Positions 1 through 10,371 are shown, numbered from the stretch's first letter. The stretch is 64,000 nucleotides of DNA from a virus (IMGVR_UViG_3300022872_000001:96001-160000); one strand, 5' to 3'. Notes: generated by a model from the sequence alone, not told the origin. Made by a program: numbers and translations.

Positions 1-372
1 GATACAACGCATGAAGGTGAAGACGAGGCAGGTAATGATCATTATGATCCTGAGGAAGCCTTGGAAGCCGCAGCTGGACAGTTTACCAGCCAGTCTATGA
101 ATGCAGGATACCGTACACGTAAGCCTTTGTTATCGAGGGACTTCGGGAATTCGGCATCTATGGAATTCGGCAAAACAGGTAAGCCTAAATTTGTCCATAA
201 CGCTCGAATGAAGCAACGAGATATCAATGGTATGATTGCCAAGGTTTCAGCAAGGGCGGAGCGCGATCCAGAGTATGCTCGTGAATTGGCACACTTTAAT
301 AAGAAGCACGGCAAACCTGTAACTATGCCGTTCGCTAATGGGGGTGATGTGAAAGTTGGGAGGAAGCGTTAA
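1..372 (+). CDS. hypothetical protein, 5' end truncated by the window
   Basis: Frame 1 is open from base 1 (DTTHEGEDEAGNDHYDPEEALEAAAG...). Its stop TAA overlaps the next ATG (TAATG). Confidence 0.65.
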   Translation, partial: DTTHEGEDEAGNDHYDPEEALEAAAGQFTSQSMNAGYRTRKPLLSRDFGNSASMEFGKTGKPKFVHNARMKQRDINGMIAKVSARAERDPEYARELAHFNKKHGKPVTMPFANGGDVKVGRKR

Positions 373-623
373 TGTTTTCATATGTCGTTGCTCGCGTCAA
401 GCCAGAATCAGATTACCAATGGTACGTTTTCACTGGACCGAAACCTGTTAGTTTGGAGTTTAGAGGCAATCCTATTGTCATCCATAAAGGTGAACGCTTT
501 GGTGTGCGTAAGTCGTCCAACAATAAGGAGATCCGACTAGTTCGAGATAATGATATTACTCGGGTTCTAACGATCTCCTTAGACCAAGCTAAGAAATTAG
601 CTAAACAGGTAAAAGCGGAGTAA
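372..623 (+). CDS. hypothetical protein (83 aa)
   Basis: Coupled start and tight operon packing. No recognised motif. Confidence 0.75.
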   Translation: MFSYVVARVKPESDYQWYVFTGPKPVSLEFRGNPIVIHKGERFGVRKSSNNKEIRLVRDNDITRVLTISLDQAKKLAKQVKAE

Positions 624-625
624 TT

Positions 626-1090
626 ATGCCAACCAAAGTAAACGCCAAGATTGTAGGCAAGGATTTCTTCTTTGGGGTGAAATGGGATTCTTATACACCT
701 CAGGTTGAGGCACAGCTTACTAAAGATCTCATCGCCATGTCTACGCAAGCGCGTGGACTAAACTTCGTAATGGTGTGTGACTCGAACGAAGCTGATCGTT
801 TGTTAATCTCTATGAGAGTCAAGCGTATTACAGCATCCACCTTTGCCACAATGTGGATTATGTATCGTACTCAGGAAGAATCACATATTGAGATTCCTGA
901 GCATGCTGTAACGATTCTGGAACGGGATATGTCTATGGATGTGGCTGCTCCTGTAATTGATCCAGGAACTCATTCAGGTTACGCCCTGACGCCACAAGGA
1001 CGGGTTGCTCCGGATCGTATTGGAATAAATCGTCCTGCACCCAATTCTTCCGCAAAGCCGGATTATGCATTGATAATGCTCTGGAGCTGA
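626..1090 (+). CDS. hypothetical protein (154 aa)
   Basis: RBS-like GCGGAG upstream, 2 nt after the previous stop. No recognised motif. Confidence 0.75.
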   Translation: MPTKVNAKIVGKDFFFGVKWDSYTPQVEAQLTKDLIAMSTQARGLNFVMVCDSNEADRLLISMRVKRITASTFATMWIMYRTQEESHIEIPEHAVTILERDMSMDVAAPVIDPGTHSGYALTPQGRVAPDRIGINRPAPNSSAKPDYALIMLWS

Positions 1091-1305
1091 CACTCAATTT
1101 AATAGTGTTATGTATCATCTTCGATACGCTTGTCTAAGGGTTCATGCATGGGAAGGATGCATTGACGAGTGTATTTTCGGAACAGTTAATCAAGACCGCA
1201 GCGAAGGCTTTAGACTGTTCCGTCTTTTTATTCCCAGGAGTATGGCTTGATTCCTGAGGGTCCAATATCAGCCGTACTCCACGATCCTTTTCAAAAGGAA
1301 ACATC

Positions 1306-2334
1306 GTGTCGTCTTTAACAGATATCATCTCGCAAGCAAAACAAGGTGTGCAGCTCCAAGTTAAGGGAGCTCAGAATCAATTAACATCAGGTGTTACCGG
1401 TGCGGTTTCTAATGCCAAGAATAACATTGTTACTGGCATTACCACCATTAGTCACGCAGCTATAAGTGGTGGTATTAACGCCGTAGTAGGTGCCGCAGGT
1501 CAAGCTTTATTGGGTAACTTTAGTGGCGCAGCTACCACATTGGAAAGCGCAGGATCTAACCTAGTCAATACGGTATCTACGGTTACAGGTATAAGTTTTG
1601 GTTCCTCTTTATCAGATAATTCAGGTATCTCCTACTCCTCGCAGCCTTCTAGCAATGGTGGCGTTACACCGGGGGATCCTTTTGGCGGTATCAATGCTCG
1701 TCCTGATCCTGTATTAGCTTTCAATTGGTACACAGAATTACCTATGATCATTCCTGCCGCAGGTACCGCTGCATCCTTGCCGTGGTATTATGTTGAGGAA
1801 GTCAATCTTCCTCAACGTACTGTGGAAGTTCGTTCTATATTCAGGGAAGGTCGTAATAAACATTTCCCCGGATCCTACTCGATAGATCCTTTACGCTTAA
1901 CCATATACGCGGATATAAACAATAACGCCATTAGCTATATAGAAGCTTGGCGAGGATTGGTTCTTAATCCCACTACAAGTGCTAATGCTGCCTCCTATGG
2001 AGGTGGGTACGGTCAGGCATCCAAGTTCCAGAAGTCTATCAAGACCTTTGTTCTGGCAGCGGATAAAAGTACACTTGTGGAATTTGAGTATACCGAATGC
2101 TGGCCTATTTCAGTTGAATCTGTAAATTTAATATCTGGTAATACGGAACGTGTAGTATGGCATGTAGGTTTCTCCGTAGGCGATGTATTTGCTACCATTT
2201 ATAATCTAAGCAATTCTGCAAACTCAGGATTTCTTGGAACGTCTGGTGTAGTACCTACAATTCAACAAACGGTAGGTGCGGTATATTCCAGTCTTACTGG
2301 TGCAGCTACCAGTGCAATTAAGAGTTTGTTTTAA
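1306..2334 (+). CDS. tail-tube-fold baseplate protein (T4 gp54/gp19-like) with Gly/Ser-rich N-terminus
   Basis: YVEEVNLPQRTVEV..FREGRNKHFPGSY..LRLTIYAD....ISYIEAW and YTECWPISV match the gp19/gp54 tube-fold pattern. GTG start with AAAGGAA. Confidence 0.7.
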   Translation: MSSLTDIISQAKQGVQLQVKGAQNQLTSGVTGAVSNAKNNIVTGITTISHAAISGGINAVVGAAGQALLGNFSGAATTLESAGSNLVNTVSTVTGISFGSSLSDNSGISYSSQPSSNGGVTPGDPFGGINARPDPVLAFNWYTELPMIIPAAGTAASLPWYYVEEVNLPQRTVEVRSIFREGRNKHFPGSYSIDPLRLTIYADINNNAISYIEAWRGLVLNPTTSANAASYGGGYGQASKFQKSIKTFVLAADKSTLVEFEYTECWPISVESVNLISGNTERVVWHVGFSVGDVFATIYNLSNSANSGFLGTSGVVPTIQQTVGAVYSSLTGAATSAIKSLF

Positions 2335-2368
2335 TGGCTTAATTTCAGGAATCTGATCGAAGCCTAGC

Positions 2369-2376
2369 AGTAAATA
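2369..2376 (+). promoter_or_regulatory. AGTAAATA promoter-like motif
   Basis: 31 nt upstream of the ATG at 2408. The same 8-mer recurs at similar spacing before six other genes. Confidence 0.5.
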
Positions 2377-2407
2377 GTGTAGTTACCCCTAAACTCTGGA
2401 GCGTCGT

Positions 2408-3712
2408 ATGCCCAATCAGATTGACCCTAATAACCCACACGGTAAAGGGGAGTTTCATGCCTTCCCTGCAGCACGTGTGGCTAGTATAGAGCAGAAACAG
2501 CAAGAAACTGCTCCCTACATACCTCCCAACAGTCCTTCCAATCCAAAAAATATGAACAAACCTGGATTCATCCCGCAGTCTGCTTCGGAGAATCAGCGTA
2601 GGGCAATGAAGAACATTACCGACAGTGCTACGCCTCCTGCGCCTGTAGTTGTACAACCTCAAGTAGCGCAACAGATATCAAAGGAGTTGCCAGGGTTTTC
2701 AATGAACACCAAACCTTCGCAGGTCTCAAATGTAGGTACGGCAGGCACCTTTGATAATTATGCACAAGCTCCTGTTACCATTAAACCTCCGGTATCTCGT
2801 GCACAGGCACATGCGCATCAAGGCACTACGATTGACATGCCTGAACCTGGCTTACATCCTGAACAGGTTCCAATAGTAACACCGGGTTTCACGCGTCCTG
2901 TATCGAGCGCAGAAGCAATCAGTTTAGATCTTCCTTCGCGCTTCGCATATTATCCTTTCAAGGATTTATATGTTAAACCTTTTAGTAATCGGCATCTTGC
3001 CAAGTTGTCGAGGGCTAATGCGGAGAAGTCTTTCCTCCCTACGGTAGAAGCAGTATCATCCGTGCTTTCTACCTCGGAAGGTCACACCAATATAGCATTC
3101 AACCTGACAATTCCGGATTACTATTTTGTACTGTACTGGTTGCGTCAAAACTCCTATACGAAGTCTACCTTCACCCACACCACACACTGCACGGCTCAAA
3201 AGCATTTTGACATGATTGAGCGTGGTGAGAAGACGCTGGAATCTCTTAAGGTTCTTGAGGTGGTTAATCGTACTACCCTCCAGGTAAATATGCTGGATCA
3301 GATTCCTAATCCTGCGGTGTATACCATTACCGATCCTTACGCGACTCTGCGTCCAGCTTTGGTACGGGATATGCTTGAGATCTCGATGAGTCCTAATATC
3401 ATCGATCCTGAGTTTGAGTGGAATGCTGAGATGGCATCCTATCTTACCATCATAGCTCCTATGCCTGTATTCGACGATAAGGGCGGTATCATAGGAAGTG
3501 TAACACGCGAGTTAAATCTCGAAGAGCGTATTGAACGTATGGGTAATGAAGAGCTTTATAGTGCAGATGATGCATTCACTATCAAGCAATTCTCCAAGAC
3601 GTTGGATAAATACGGTGTGCAGGAATCAATCAAAGTTAGATGTAAGGAGTGCGGCGCTTCCTGGGACAGTAAAATGTCCCTTGAAGCCCATTCGTTTCTT
3701 TCCGCTGCATAA
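2408..3712 (+). CDS. baseplate hub assembly chaperone (T4 gp26-like) with Pro/Gln-rich N-terminal extension
   Basis: LDLPSRFAYYPFKDLYVKPF, LTIPDYYFVLYWLRQNSY and C-terminal CKECG, plus position before a gp51-like gene and a tape-measure-like gene. Confidence 0.7.
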   Translation: MPNQIDPNNPHGKGEFHAFPAARVASIEQKQQETAPYIPPNSPSNPKNMNKPGFIPQSASENQRRAMKNITDSATPPAPVVVQPQVAQQISKELPGFSMNTKPSQVSNVGTAGTFDNYAQAPVTIKPPVSRAQAHAHQGTTIDMPEPGLHPEQVPIVTPGFTRPVSSAEAISLDLPSRFAYYPFKDLYVKPFSNRHLAKLSRANAEKSFLPTVEAVSSVLSTSEGHTNIAFNLTIPDYYFVLYWLRQNSYTKSTFTHTTHCTAQKHFDMIERGEKTLESLKVLEVVNRTTLQVNMLDQIPNPAVYTITDPYATLRPALVRDMLEISMSPNIIDPEFEWNAEMASYLTIIAPMPVFDDKGGIIGSVTRELNLEERIERMGNEELYSADDAFTIKQFSKTLDKYGVQESIKVRCKECGASWDSKMSLEAHSFLSAA

Positions 3713-3713
3713 T

Positions 3714-3878
3714 ATGAACGAAGTAATGGATCGGCATGAGATCCTCGCGTCAGAATTTCATATATATCTGAACGAGGATACACCGATCCTTCATTTTATG
3801 CAGCTATCGGATCGTGCAAATGCGATTCGAGAAGAGAAGAGAAAAGCCGCGAAGGACGGCAAAACTTATATTGGGTAA
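3714..3878 (+). CDS. small baseplate assembly protein (T4 gp51-like, 54 aa)
   Basis: ATG lies 1 nt after the gp26-like stop. MNEVMDRHEILASEFHIYLNED fits the gp51 size and position. I prefer this start to the longer track ORF from 3531. Confidence 0.6.
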   Translation: MNEVMDRHEILASEFHIYLNEDTPILHFMQLSDRANAIREEKRKAAKDGKTYIG

Positions 3879-3917
3879 TTAGTAATCATCAAACGCGGAT
3901 ACGGCTAAAGGTTAATC

Positions 3918-5816
3918 ATGGCAAAGTTCAAAAGTGATACAGAATCAAAGAAATGGAAATCCCTTGAGGCGACCACTAGCACATCTTTCCACAAGATGTT
4001 GCAAGGTACAGCTACCGAATCGGATTTTAAATCTGTGTCAAAGATATTGGAACAACAGAGTGCTTTGGCCAAATCTGTGTTTGATGAAGGTGTAAAGTCT
4101 ATTGAAGCGACAGCAGATGAACTCCTGGATAAAGTGAACCAAGGTCGTATTGAGTCAGGTAAGCGTCCATTAACACAGCAGGCGCATAACAGACTGCATA
4201 AGAGTACCATGCAAGATGTCATGCGTAACTATGCTCCTGACATCATAGCCAGTCTTAAGGATATCATTGATGATAGGTTCGATGAGATAGCCCAAGGTAA
4301 TGTTGAGGCTATTACAAAGGGTTTTGATAAACTATCTGGTTATAGCCCTACACGTAAACCAGTAGATACTCCCTCCACCGACGATATAATTGCTTTGCAG
4401 GAAGCCGCAAGCGAGGATGCTGATAATAAGGATAACGCCAAATGGCCTGACCGATTAGCGGACATCAAGAAAGCCGTCGGGGATGCGGTAGAGAATTCGT
4501 TATTAGAAATAATAAAACGCGTTAAAGGTAATCAATCTAAACCGGGTATGCAGGAAACTTCGCCTGCGTTGGGTTATAGTCCAACTGCCCGGGCGAATGC
4601 GAATAATTGGGAATTGATGGACGCAGACGGCGGTAGTAGCGCAATGTCTCAGGCTACTGCTACCAGCCCTACTGTCCAGCTTACACCGAAGACGGAAGCT
4701 GCCATCTATGAAGCCACCGATGAGCAGAAAACGTTCATGGGTAGTATTCGAGATATGCTAGCCAACCTTGGTAACAAGGATAAAGAAAAGGATTCTCCTG
4801 AGGAAGAGGAGAAGAAAGCATCTTCGTGGCTTCGCAAAATGGGTTCTTGGATGAAGGATAAAATGCCATCCAAGAAAAGTAGAGGCACGATTATGTCTAT
4901 AATTAAAGGCATAGGCCAAGGTTTGTTCCTAGCTTTAACCGCACCTTCCCTAATTAAAGGTATTGCGGGAGCCGCAAAAGAATTTCTAACCTTAGATAAT
5001 CTTGAAAAAGTTATCAAGACCACGTGGGACACCATATATGGCATAGGTGGGTCCATAGTAAGCGGTATTTTGAAGGAATTCGGACTCAAAGGATCTCCAA
5101 ATCCTGATGTCAAGAAACCTGCCTTAGAAAGAATGGACACGCAAATATCTAATGCACAAACTAAGTTAAAGAGTGCGCAAGATGCCAAAGCCAAGGCAGG
5201 TGGTGACGAATCCAAATTGACTGATAGGCAACGTCAAGATCTAGCAGGTCTTCCTGAGTTTATCAAACGTTTACAGGCAGGTCGTACAGAGGAAGCAGCT
5301 AAGGAAAATAAGGGTAAACCGCCAGGTACAACCGCACCCTCTGCAAGTGCAGGAACCCTACCTGGTGGAGGAAGTGCCACGACTACCGTAGGTTCTTCAC
5401 CTGTAGCTAGTGCCAAGTCTGCAATTGTTCCGGCGGGTGCCTCTCCTACAGTACCGTCTCAATTAACAGCAGTCAATCAAACGGCCGTTACGGATTCTGG
5501 AGGCTATACCTATGACGCTGCCAGTGGTAAGATAGTAAAGTTGGATTCTCAAGCCAACCCTACCAATTCAACGGTAGGTGGAGATAACTACCTCAGAAGT
5601 TCTGGTAATACGACTGTTGCTCCCGCCACGAGTCCTACTACAGGTAAGGGTTTAACCGTTCCCGATCCTGCTTTACAGACGGCGCAGGCAGATACTACTC
5701 CATCTCGACCTGGTGGAGGTATGCAGTCATCTACAGCTATTACTCTTGCATCCTTCGGTATGCATGCAGGTGTGGATGATACGTTACAACTTATGAATGT
5801 AGGAGCAATTGCATGA
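3918..5816 (+). CDS. probable tape-measure protein (gp29-like)
   Basis: 632 aa, helical and charged N-half, one hydrophobic segment, Ser/Thr/Pro-rich C-half. Follows the gp26/gp51-like chaperones. Confidence 0.5.
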   Translation: MAKFKSDTESKKWKSLEATTSTSFHKMLQGTATESDFKSVSKILEQQSALAKSVFDEGVKSIEATADELLDKVNQGRIESGKRPLTQQAHNRLHKSTMQDVMRNYAPDIIASLKDIIDDRFDEIAQGNVEAITKGFDKLSGYSPTRKPVDTPSTDDIIALQEAASEDADNKDNAKWPDRLADIKKAVGDAVENSLLEIIKRVKGNQSKPGMQETSPALGYSPTARANANNWELMDADGGSSAMSQATATSPTVQLTPKTEAAIYEATDEQKTFMGSIRDMLANLGNKDKEKDSPEEEEKKASSWLRKMGSWMKDKMPSKKSRGTIMSIIKGIGQGLFLALTAPSLIKGIAGAAKEFLTLDNLEKVIKTTWDTIYGIGGSIVSGILKEFGLKGSPNPDVKKPALERMDTQISNAQTKLKSAQDAKAKAGGDESKLTDRQRQDLAGLPEFIKRLQAGRTEEAAKENKGKPPGTTAPSASAGTLPGGGSATTTVGSSPVASAKSAIVPAGASPTVPSQLTAVNQTAVTDSGGYTYDAASGKIVKLDSQANPTNSTVGGDNYLRSSGNTTVAPATSPTTGKGLTVPDPALQTAQADTTPSRPGGGMQSSTAITLASFGMHAGVDDTLQLMNVGAIA

Positions 5817-7237
5817 GTTATTCTCCAACTCGCGCGTTGTTACTTGTGCGGGATAAGGATCTTCCTGAAGAGAAAACTCAGATGGATCTAATCCATCATA
5901 TAACACAATCCGCAAGCCAAGACTCTGTGTTTAGTAGTCTGTCAGCCATAATAAAGGCACAGAGTAAAAGTAAAAAATCAGATGTTATTGCCAAAACTAT
6001 GTTATCCAACCTCATCAAGGTGCTAATCAAAAATAGTGCCTCCGATGAGGAAGATGATATAAAGGAAGGAATAGTACACCTGGTAAAACACGAGTTAGAA
6101 AAACTTGGTAAAAAAATAATTAAAACAGTGGTTAAAGAGGTGATTAAAAAGGCTTGGCGTATTGTTACCTGGGTTATAGAATTTGCGGTTAAGCTGACCA
6201 CGGAAGTAATACTTCCCATCATAGAAGGCATATTAGCTTTTGTGATAGCGAATCCTATCTTAGCATTAGCCGGTTTGGCATTGGGAGGTTTAGCTTGGTG
6301 GGCGTGGGATAAGTATTTGAAACCTACGATAAACGAACCTTTACCTCCAGGTCAGGTTACTGAAACATTCCTTCCAGGTACACAGACACAGCAACGAGCC
6401 ACCCAAAATGTAATTGGTACCCAGCCTATTGTTCCAACTACACAACCTGCGTATAGTCCTATAAAGATTGCGACGGAAAAATTGAAACCACAGAAAACTA
6501 CTTTTACAGGATTTGGTACAGATATCGACTCCTACATACGTGAGGCTGCCCAAATGTATGCCTTGCCTGAGGATGTTCTGAGAGGTTTCGTCAAGATGGA
6601 GGCAGGCTGGACAGGCGCTATGTCTCCCTCAGGCGCTATCGGTACTGGTCAGTTCATTGTATCTACTTGGAATAGTTTAGCCAAAACGCCGGCAGGTAAA
6701 GCGATCGGTATGGTTTCTATTACTATGGGAACGAACGGTACCTTTAGAACTGCACAGGATCCTCGATATAACATGAGGATCAATACATTGGCTACTGCAT
6801 TGCTGGCACGTTTGAATGCGGATATATTGGTGAAAAACAAATTACCTGTAACTGGTGAAAACCTGTATATGCTGCATAATATTGGACCAGGTATTATCAA
6901 CGTAATGCTAGGTCGTCCTGTTGCAGCTTCCACCATACAAGCCATGGAGCAGAATGGTATGAAGGCCGGTATGAGTCCTCAGGATTTTCTGGCTTATCAG
7001 AAGGCACGGTTCAATGCACAATACCAAATTGCCAATGCCACACCCTCTAATAACACGCAGTTGGCAGACACTTCCACTACCAATACTCCACTAACCGTGC
7101 CTGCACCACCGCCAAAGAAAACTGCGGTGGCTACTGCTCCCTCAAGTGCTCCCTCAGGAACCGTTGCTCAGGTATCTGGAGGAGAGAAGACCTTGGTAAA
7201 AGGCCAGGGGAACACTCTAATAGCTGTGAAAGCCTAA
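5813..7237 (+). CDS. tail-associated lytic transglycosylase (SLT/lysozyme-like) with transmembrane segment
   Basis: IREAAQMYALPEDVLRGFVKMEAG...SGAIGTGQFIVSTW (catalytic Glu and GAxGxxQ). Hydrophobic ILAFVIANPILALAGLALGGLAWWAW. ATGA overlap with the upstream gene. Confidence 0.75.
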   Translation: MSYSPTRALLLVRDKDLPEEKTQMDLIHHITQSASQDSVFSSLSAIIKAQSKSKKSDVIAKTMLSNLIKVLIKNSASDEEDDIKEGIVHLVKHELEKLGKKIIKTVVKEVIKKAWRIVTWVIEFAVKLTTEVILPIIEGILAFVIANPILALAGLALGGLAWWAWDKYLKPTINEPLPPGQVTETFLPGTQTQQRATQNVIGTQPIVPTTQPAYSPIKIATEKLKPQKTTFTGFGTDIDSYIREAAQMYALPEDVLRGFVKMEAGWTGAMSPSGAIGTGQFIVSTWNSLAKTPAGKAIGMVSITMGTNGTFRTAQDPRYNMRINTLATALLARLNADILVKNKLPVTGENLYMLHNIGPGIINVMLGRPVAASTIQAMEQNGMKAGMSPQDFLAYQKARFNAQYQIANATPSNNTQLADTSTTNTPLTVPAPPPKKTAVATAPSSAPSGTVAQVSGGEKTLVKGQGNTLIAVKA

Positions 7238-7238
7238 T

Positions 7239-7970
7239 ATGCCAGTCCTAAATTCTGATTATTTGGTGCGTATCATACAGACAGAGACCTCAACCGTGGT
7301 TACTGCTCCTATGCCAGAATCTTTCATGTTTGATTCTGCTGCAAGCTACGAAGCACCTTACGCTCAAGGTTTATTTGGTAACGGAGCTTTATCGCAATTA
7401 GCAAAACTTGGAGGCTTGCGATTAACCTCCCAAGCATTGACGGCTCAGGTATGGCAAGGATCAAATGATACTCAACTTAGTGTTGAATTAGAATTCCAGT
7501 CGGAAACAGATCCCTTGACAGAGGTACGCGATCCTATATTGGCTTTATTAAAGCTGGCGACGCCTTCGGTATTGAATGATCTTATTTTGTCACCGGGACC
7601 TCAATTAGACCTGGAGACCTTGAAAGCCGCAGCTAATGATGTGAGTACTACCGCTACGTCACTCCTAAATAACTCTTCAACGACTACCAATAATGGTGCT
7701 AATCAATCTAGTAGCACTACGAGTACATCGAGCACCAGCGCCACATCAAATAATACCTGGCGGAAGAAGATCAAAAATCAGGTAACTATTCAGATTGGTA
7801 ACTATGCCTATTTTGAATCCGTAGTGATTACAAATGTGCAGAAGACATACACCTCCCAGATTGATGTTTTAACTGGATGGCCTCAACACGCCCGGGTATC
7901 GGTTCAGTTTAAGCCTTTATTTATGCTGGTTCAATCTGATCTTGATAACATCTTTAAACATGCGAGGTGA
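7239..7970 (+). CDS. baseplate/tail-tube junction protein (gp48-like)
   Basis: Position between the lysozyme gene and the gp53-like gene. QVWQGSNDTQLSVELEF is a tube-like strand pattern. Confidence 0.5.
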   Translation: MPVLNSDYLVRIIQTETSTVVTAPMPESFMFDSAASYEAPYAQGLFGNGALSQLAKLGGLRLTSQALTAQVWQGSNDTQLSVELEFQSETDPLTEVRDPILALLKLATPSVLNDLILSPGPQLDLETLKAAANDVSTTATSLLNNSSTTTNNGANQSSSTTSTSSTSATSNNTWRKKIKNQVTIQIGNYAYFESVVITNVQKTYTSQIDVLTGWPQHARVSVQFKPLFMLVQSDLDNIFKHAR

Positions 7971-7973
7971 TTC

Positions 7974-8309
7974 ATGTCTACCGATTACGATTACTCCAAA
8001 TACACACCGTTGGATAGCACAGGTATTGACTATGATGTTTTTAAGTCTGCCTATAAGAATATCCGATTTGCCTTGCCTACCGCACAGAAACATTCCGTTA
8101 CCGATGCCGATATGGCTAATCTCCCAGGTATTAGTTACCTGTATTATGGGGATGTTTCATTGTGGCGTATCATTCTGTACTTCAATGGTTTGACAGATGC
8201 TTTGCAGGATGTTTATCCAGGTATGACGCTTAATATTGCCGCTAAGTCCGATATCATTAACTACGTATCTAAGCAGCAAAATAATAGCCCAATGAATATT
8301 ATTATTTAA
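7974..8309 (+). CDS. LysM-like baseplate wedge protein (gp53/P2 gpX-like)
   Basis: LPGISYLYYGDVSLWRIILYFNGLTDALQDVYPGMTLNI is the classic gp53/LysM signature. Confidence 0.75.
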   Translation: MSTDYDYSKYTPLDSTGIDYDVFKSAYKNIRFALPTAQKHSVTDADMANLPGISYLYYGDVSLWRIILYFNGLTDALQDVYPGMTLNIAAKSDIINYVSKQQNNSPMNIII

Positions 8310-8317
8310 TAGGCGCA

Positions 8318-9442
8318 GTGATGTCATACATTATACAAAACAAGATTGAGATTTCGATCTTCATCGACGGCAATGAGTATCCATTATCCACAATTAACTC
8401 CCTGAACTTTTTACATATGGGAGCTAGTGCTGCGATGGATTTTCCAACCTGCTGTTTCCAGATTGTAGATCAATCCCGTACCATAGACAGTATGGGATTA
8501 CAGGATGGTATACCCTTAAGAATTGTCGTTAGGTCAGGTCAGTCGAACTCACAGACATTTAATTTCCGTAAATTCAATCACCTTAAAGACTCCAGCGGCC
8601 CTTTCGCAGTTTATACCATCGATGGCTACTACGATTCTCCTTTATGGTTCACCGGGACAACCAATCAGAATATTCGGAGTACCTCGGGTGGGATTCTGTC
8701 TACGATTGCTAGCCAATGCGGATTAAATTACGACGGAGTGGACACAAATGATTCCCAATTGTGGACACCTCAAAATAAGAAGTGGAGGCAGTTCGCAAAA
8801 GAAACAACCATGAATGCCTACGTGGACGATACTTCTTGCATGTGTTCTGCTCTTGACTTCAGTGGCACCTTGCGTTTCAAGGATATAAATAATCTCCCTG
8901 ACGCTACACAAAAGATTATTGCTTATCAATATTCCACAGATGCAATAACAGCCGTAGCTTTTCAGAATAAGGCAGGTTCAGGTTTCAATAATTCCGTTAC
9001 TGGGTATTCGAACACCCGTGTTAGTCAGTCCATAACGGCCGATCAAACCTACACCACGATTAATCAATTGCAATTCGAATCTGACTCTCGCGCACCCTTA
9101 TACAATACTGCGGTTCGGGATAAAGCTAAGAATGGCCCTGTTAGATTCTCACCAATCGATGTAGGTAATAATCATCCTAATTATGAAAGAGCCTCTTATC
9201 AGAATAATCGATATAGGAATCTGTTTTCAATGGGATTGGAAATCCTAATCCCTCAACAAACGCAGTTCCAATTATTTGATAAGATTAATTTCTCTGTTCA
9301 GAAAGAGGATACCTCTCAAGATACCTCGGCCTCCGGTGAGTACACTATATCAGGTCGAGCTATCTATGTACAAGGTTCCAATTATGCGGAGAAGCTCCAA
9401 GTGATTCGTCATGGAACAAATGAAACTTATGTGGAGGGCTAG
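8318..9442 (+). CDS. baseplate hub protein (gp27/P2 gpD-like)
   Basis: 374 aa, between the gp53-like and gp5-like genes. C-terminal SGEYTISGRAIYV. Alternative ATG start at 8321. Confidence 0.65.
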   Translation: MMSYIIQNKIEISIFIDGNEYPLSTINSLNFLHMGASAAMDFPTCCFQIVDQSRTIDSMGLQDGIPLRIVVRSGQSNSQTFNFRKFNHLKDSSGPFAVYTIDGYYDSPLWFTGTTNQNIRSTSGGILSTIASQCGLNYDGVDTNDSQLWTPQNKKWRQFAKETTMNAYVDDTSCMCSALDFSGTLRFKDINNLPDATQKIIAYQYSTDAITAVAFQNKAGSGFNNSVTGYSNTRVSQSITADQTYTTINQLQFESDSRAPLYNTAVRDKAKNGPVRFSPIDVGNNHPNYERASYQNNRYRNLFSMGLEILIPQQTQFQLFDKINFSVQKEDTSQDTSASGEYTISGRAIYVQGSNYAEKLQVIRHGTNETYVEG

Positions 9443-10057
9443 ATGAGCCTACAAAGTGCTAACGATAAGATGAGCGAGGCTATTGATGATAGCCAAGAGA
9501 AGAATTATATCCTAGGTACTGTGACCGAAAATGCAGATCCTTTAGGTATAAATCGCATCCAGGTATCTGCACCCGGCCTCTTTGATCCTTCCCAAGGTGA
9601 GCAGCCCTGGATTGCTCCTCATCCATATTCTCCTTTTGGACAAGGTCCTAACTATGGAGTGTACGGCACCCCTGCAAAGGGATCTATCGTTAAGGTTAGG
9701 TTACAAGATAACGATGTAAACCAGGCTAACTACGAAGCTTCCGCCTATTTAGCTGCGAATGCTAATCCTATATTTGCTTCACCTTCCATATACGGCTATC
9801 AGGATCCTAAAGGTAATAAGTTAGTGGTGAACCTAGAAACCGGTGACTGGACCTGGACGCATAACTCAGGATATATTCTGGCCTATAGTTCGTCAGGTGT
9901 AACTGTTACAGCTCCTTCCAATGTAACGGAAAACATAACTGGAAATCTCCAGTTCAACGTTACGGGAAACGTAGATATAAACTCCACAGGAGGTAATGTA
10001 AATGTTGCTGCCACAGGTGCGGTGGTTATTACAGGTACAACCATTAGTTTGAATTGA
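9443..10057 (+). CDS. central spike protein (gp5/gpV OB-fold plus beta-helix)
   Basis: ILGTVTENADPLGINRIQVSAPGL...PWIAP; P.KGSIVKVRLQDND; C-terminal VxGNxxxxVxG repeats. Confidence 0.8.
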   Translation: MSLQSANDKMSEAIDDSQEKNYILGTVTENADPLGINRIQVSAPGLFDPSQGEQPWIAPHPYSPFGQGPNYGVYGTPAKGSIVKVRLQDNDVNQANYEASAYLAANANPIFASPSIYGYQDPKGNKLVVNLETGDWTWTHNSGYILAYSSSGVTVTAPSNVTENITGNLQFNVTGNVDINSTGGNVNVAATGAVVITGTTISLN

Positions 10058-10064
10058 GGTTACT

Positions 10065-10364
10065 ATGTCTGGTATTGGCGGAATAGGATCTATGGGAATC
10101 GGCACATGCCCGTGCCATAAGACTCCACAGAATTACATAACCACCTTAATTACAGGAGCACCTACTGTCCTTGTTAATGGTACAGGCGCAGGTCAGGTAG
10201 GTTCCATAGGGGTATCGTCCTGCGGGCACCCTACGGTAGCTATCACAGGGTCGTCCACAGTTTTTGCAGATGGAGAACCTGTACATAGGGTGGGCGATAC
10301 GGGAGTCAATTGCGGACAATACGTATTAATCGAAGGTAGTCCTAACGTAACGAATTCATTGTGA
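10065..10364 (+). CDS. PAAR-like spike tip (gp5.4)
   Basis: GTCPCH, GAPTVLVNG, CGH, GSSTVFADGEPVHRVGD. Directly follows the spike gene. Confidence 0.85.
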   Translation: MSGIGGIGSMGIGTCPCHKTPQNYITTLITGAPTVLVNGTGAGQVGSIGVSSCGHPTVAITGSSTVFADGEPVHRVGDTGVNCGQYVLIEGSPNVTNSL

Positions 10365-10371
10365 GTATTAA

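Noticed and set aside
1091-1328. Short ORFs in the 1090-1306 gap (64 aa on -, about 46 aa on + from 1110)
   Set aside because: No convincing RBS, motif or coupling, so I cannot support either.
3531-3878. Overlapping ORF suggesting a lambda G/GT-type programmed frameshift in the tail chaperone
   Set aside because: The overlap is in the +1 frame, I saw no clear slippery heptamer, and an ATG 1 nt after the stop gives a normal gp51-sized gene.
9443-10364. VgrG/PAAR pair as a type VI secretion or eCIS locus
   Set aside because: It is embedded in a complete phage baseplate operon with phage replication and lysis genes.
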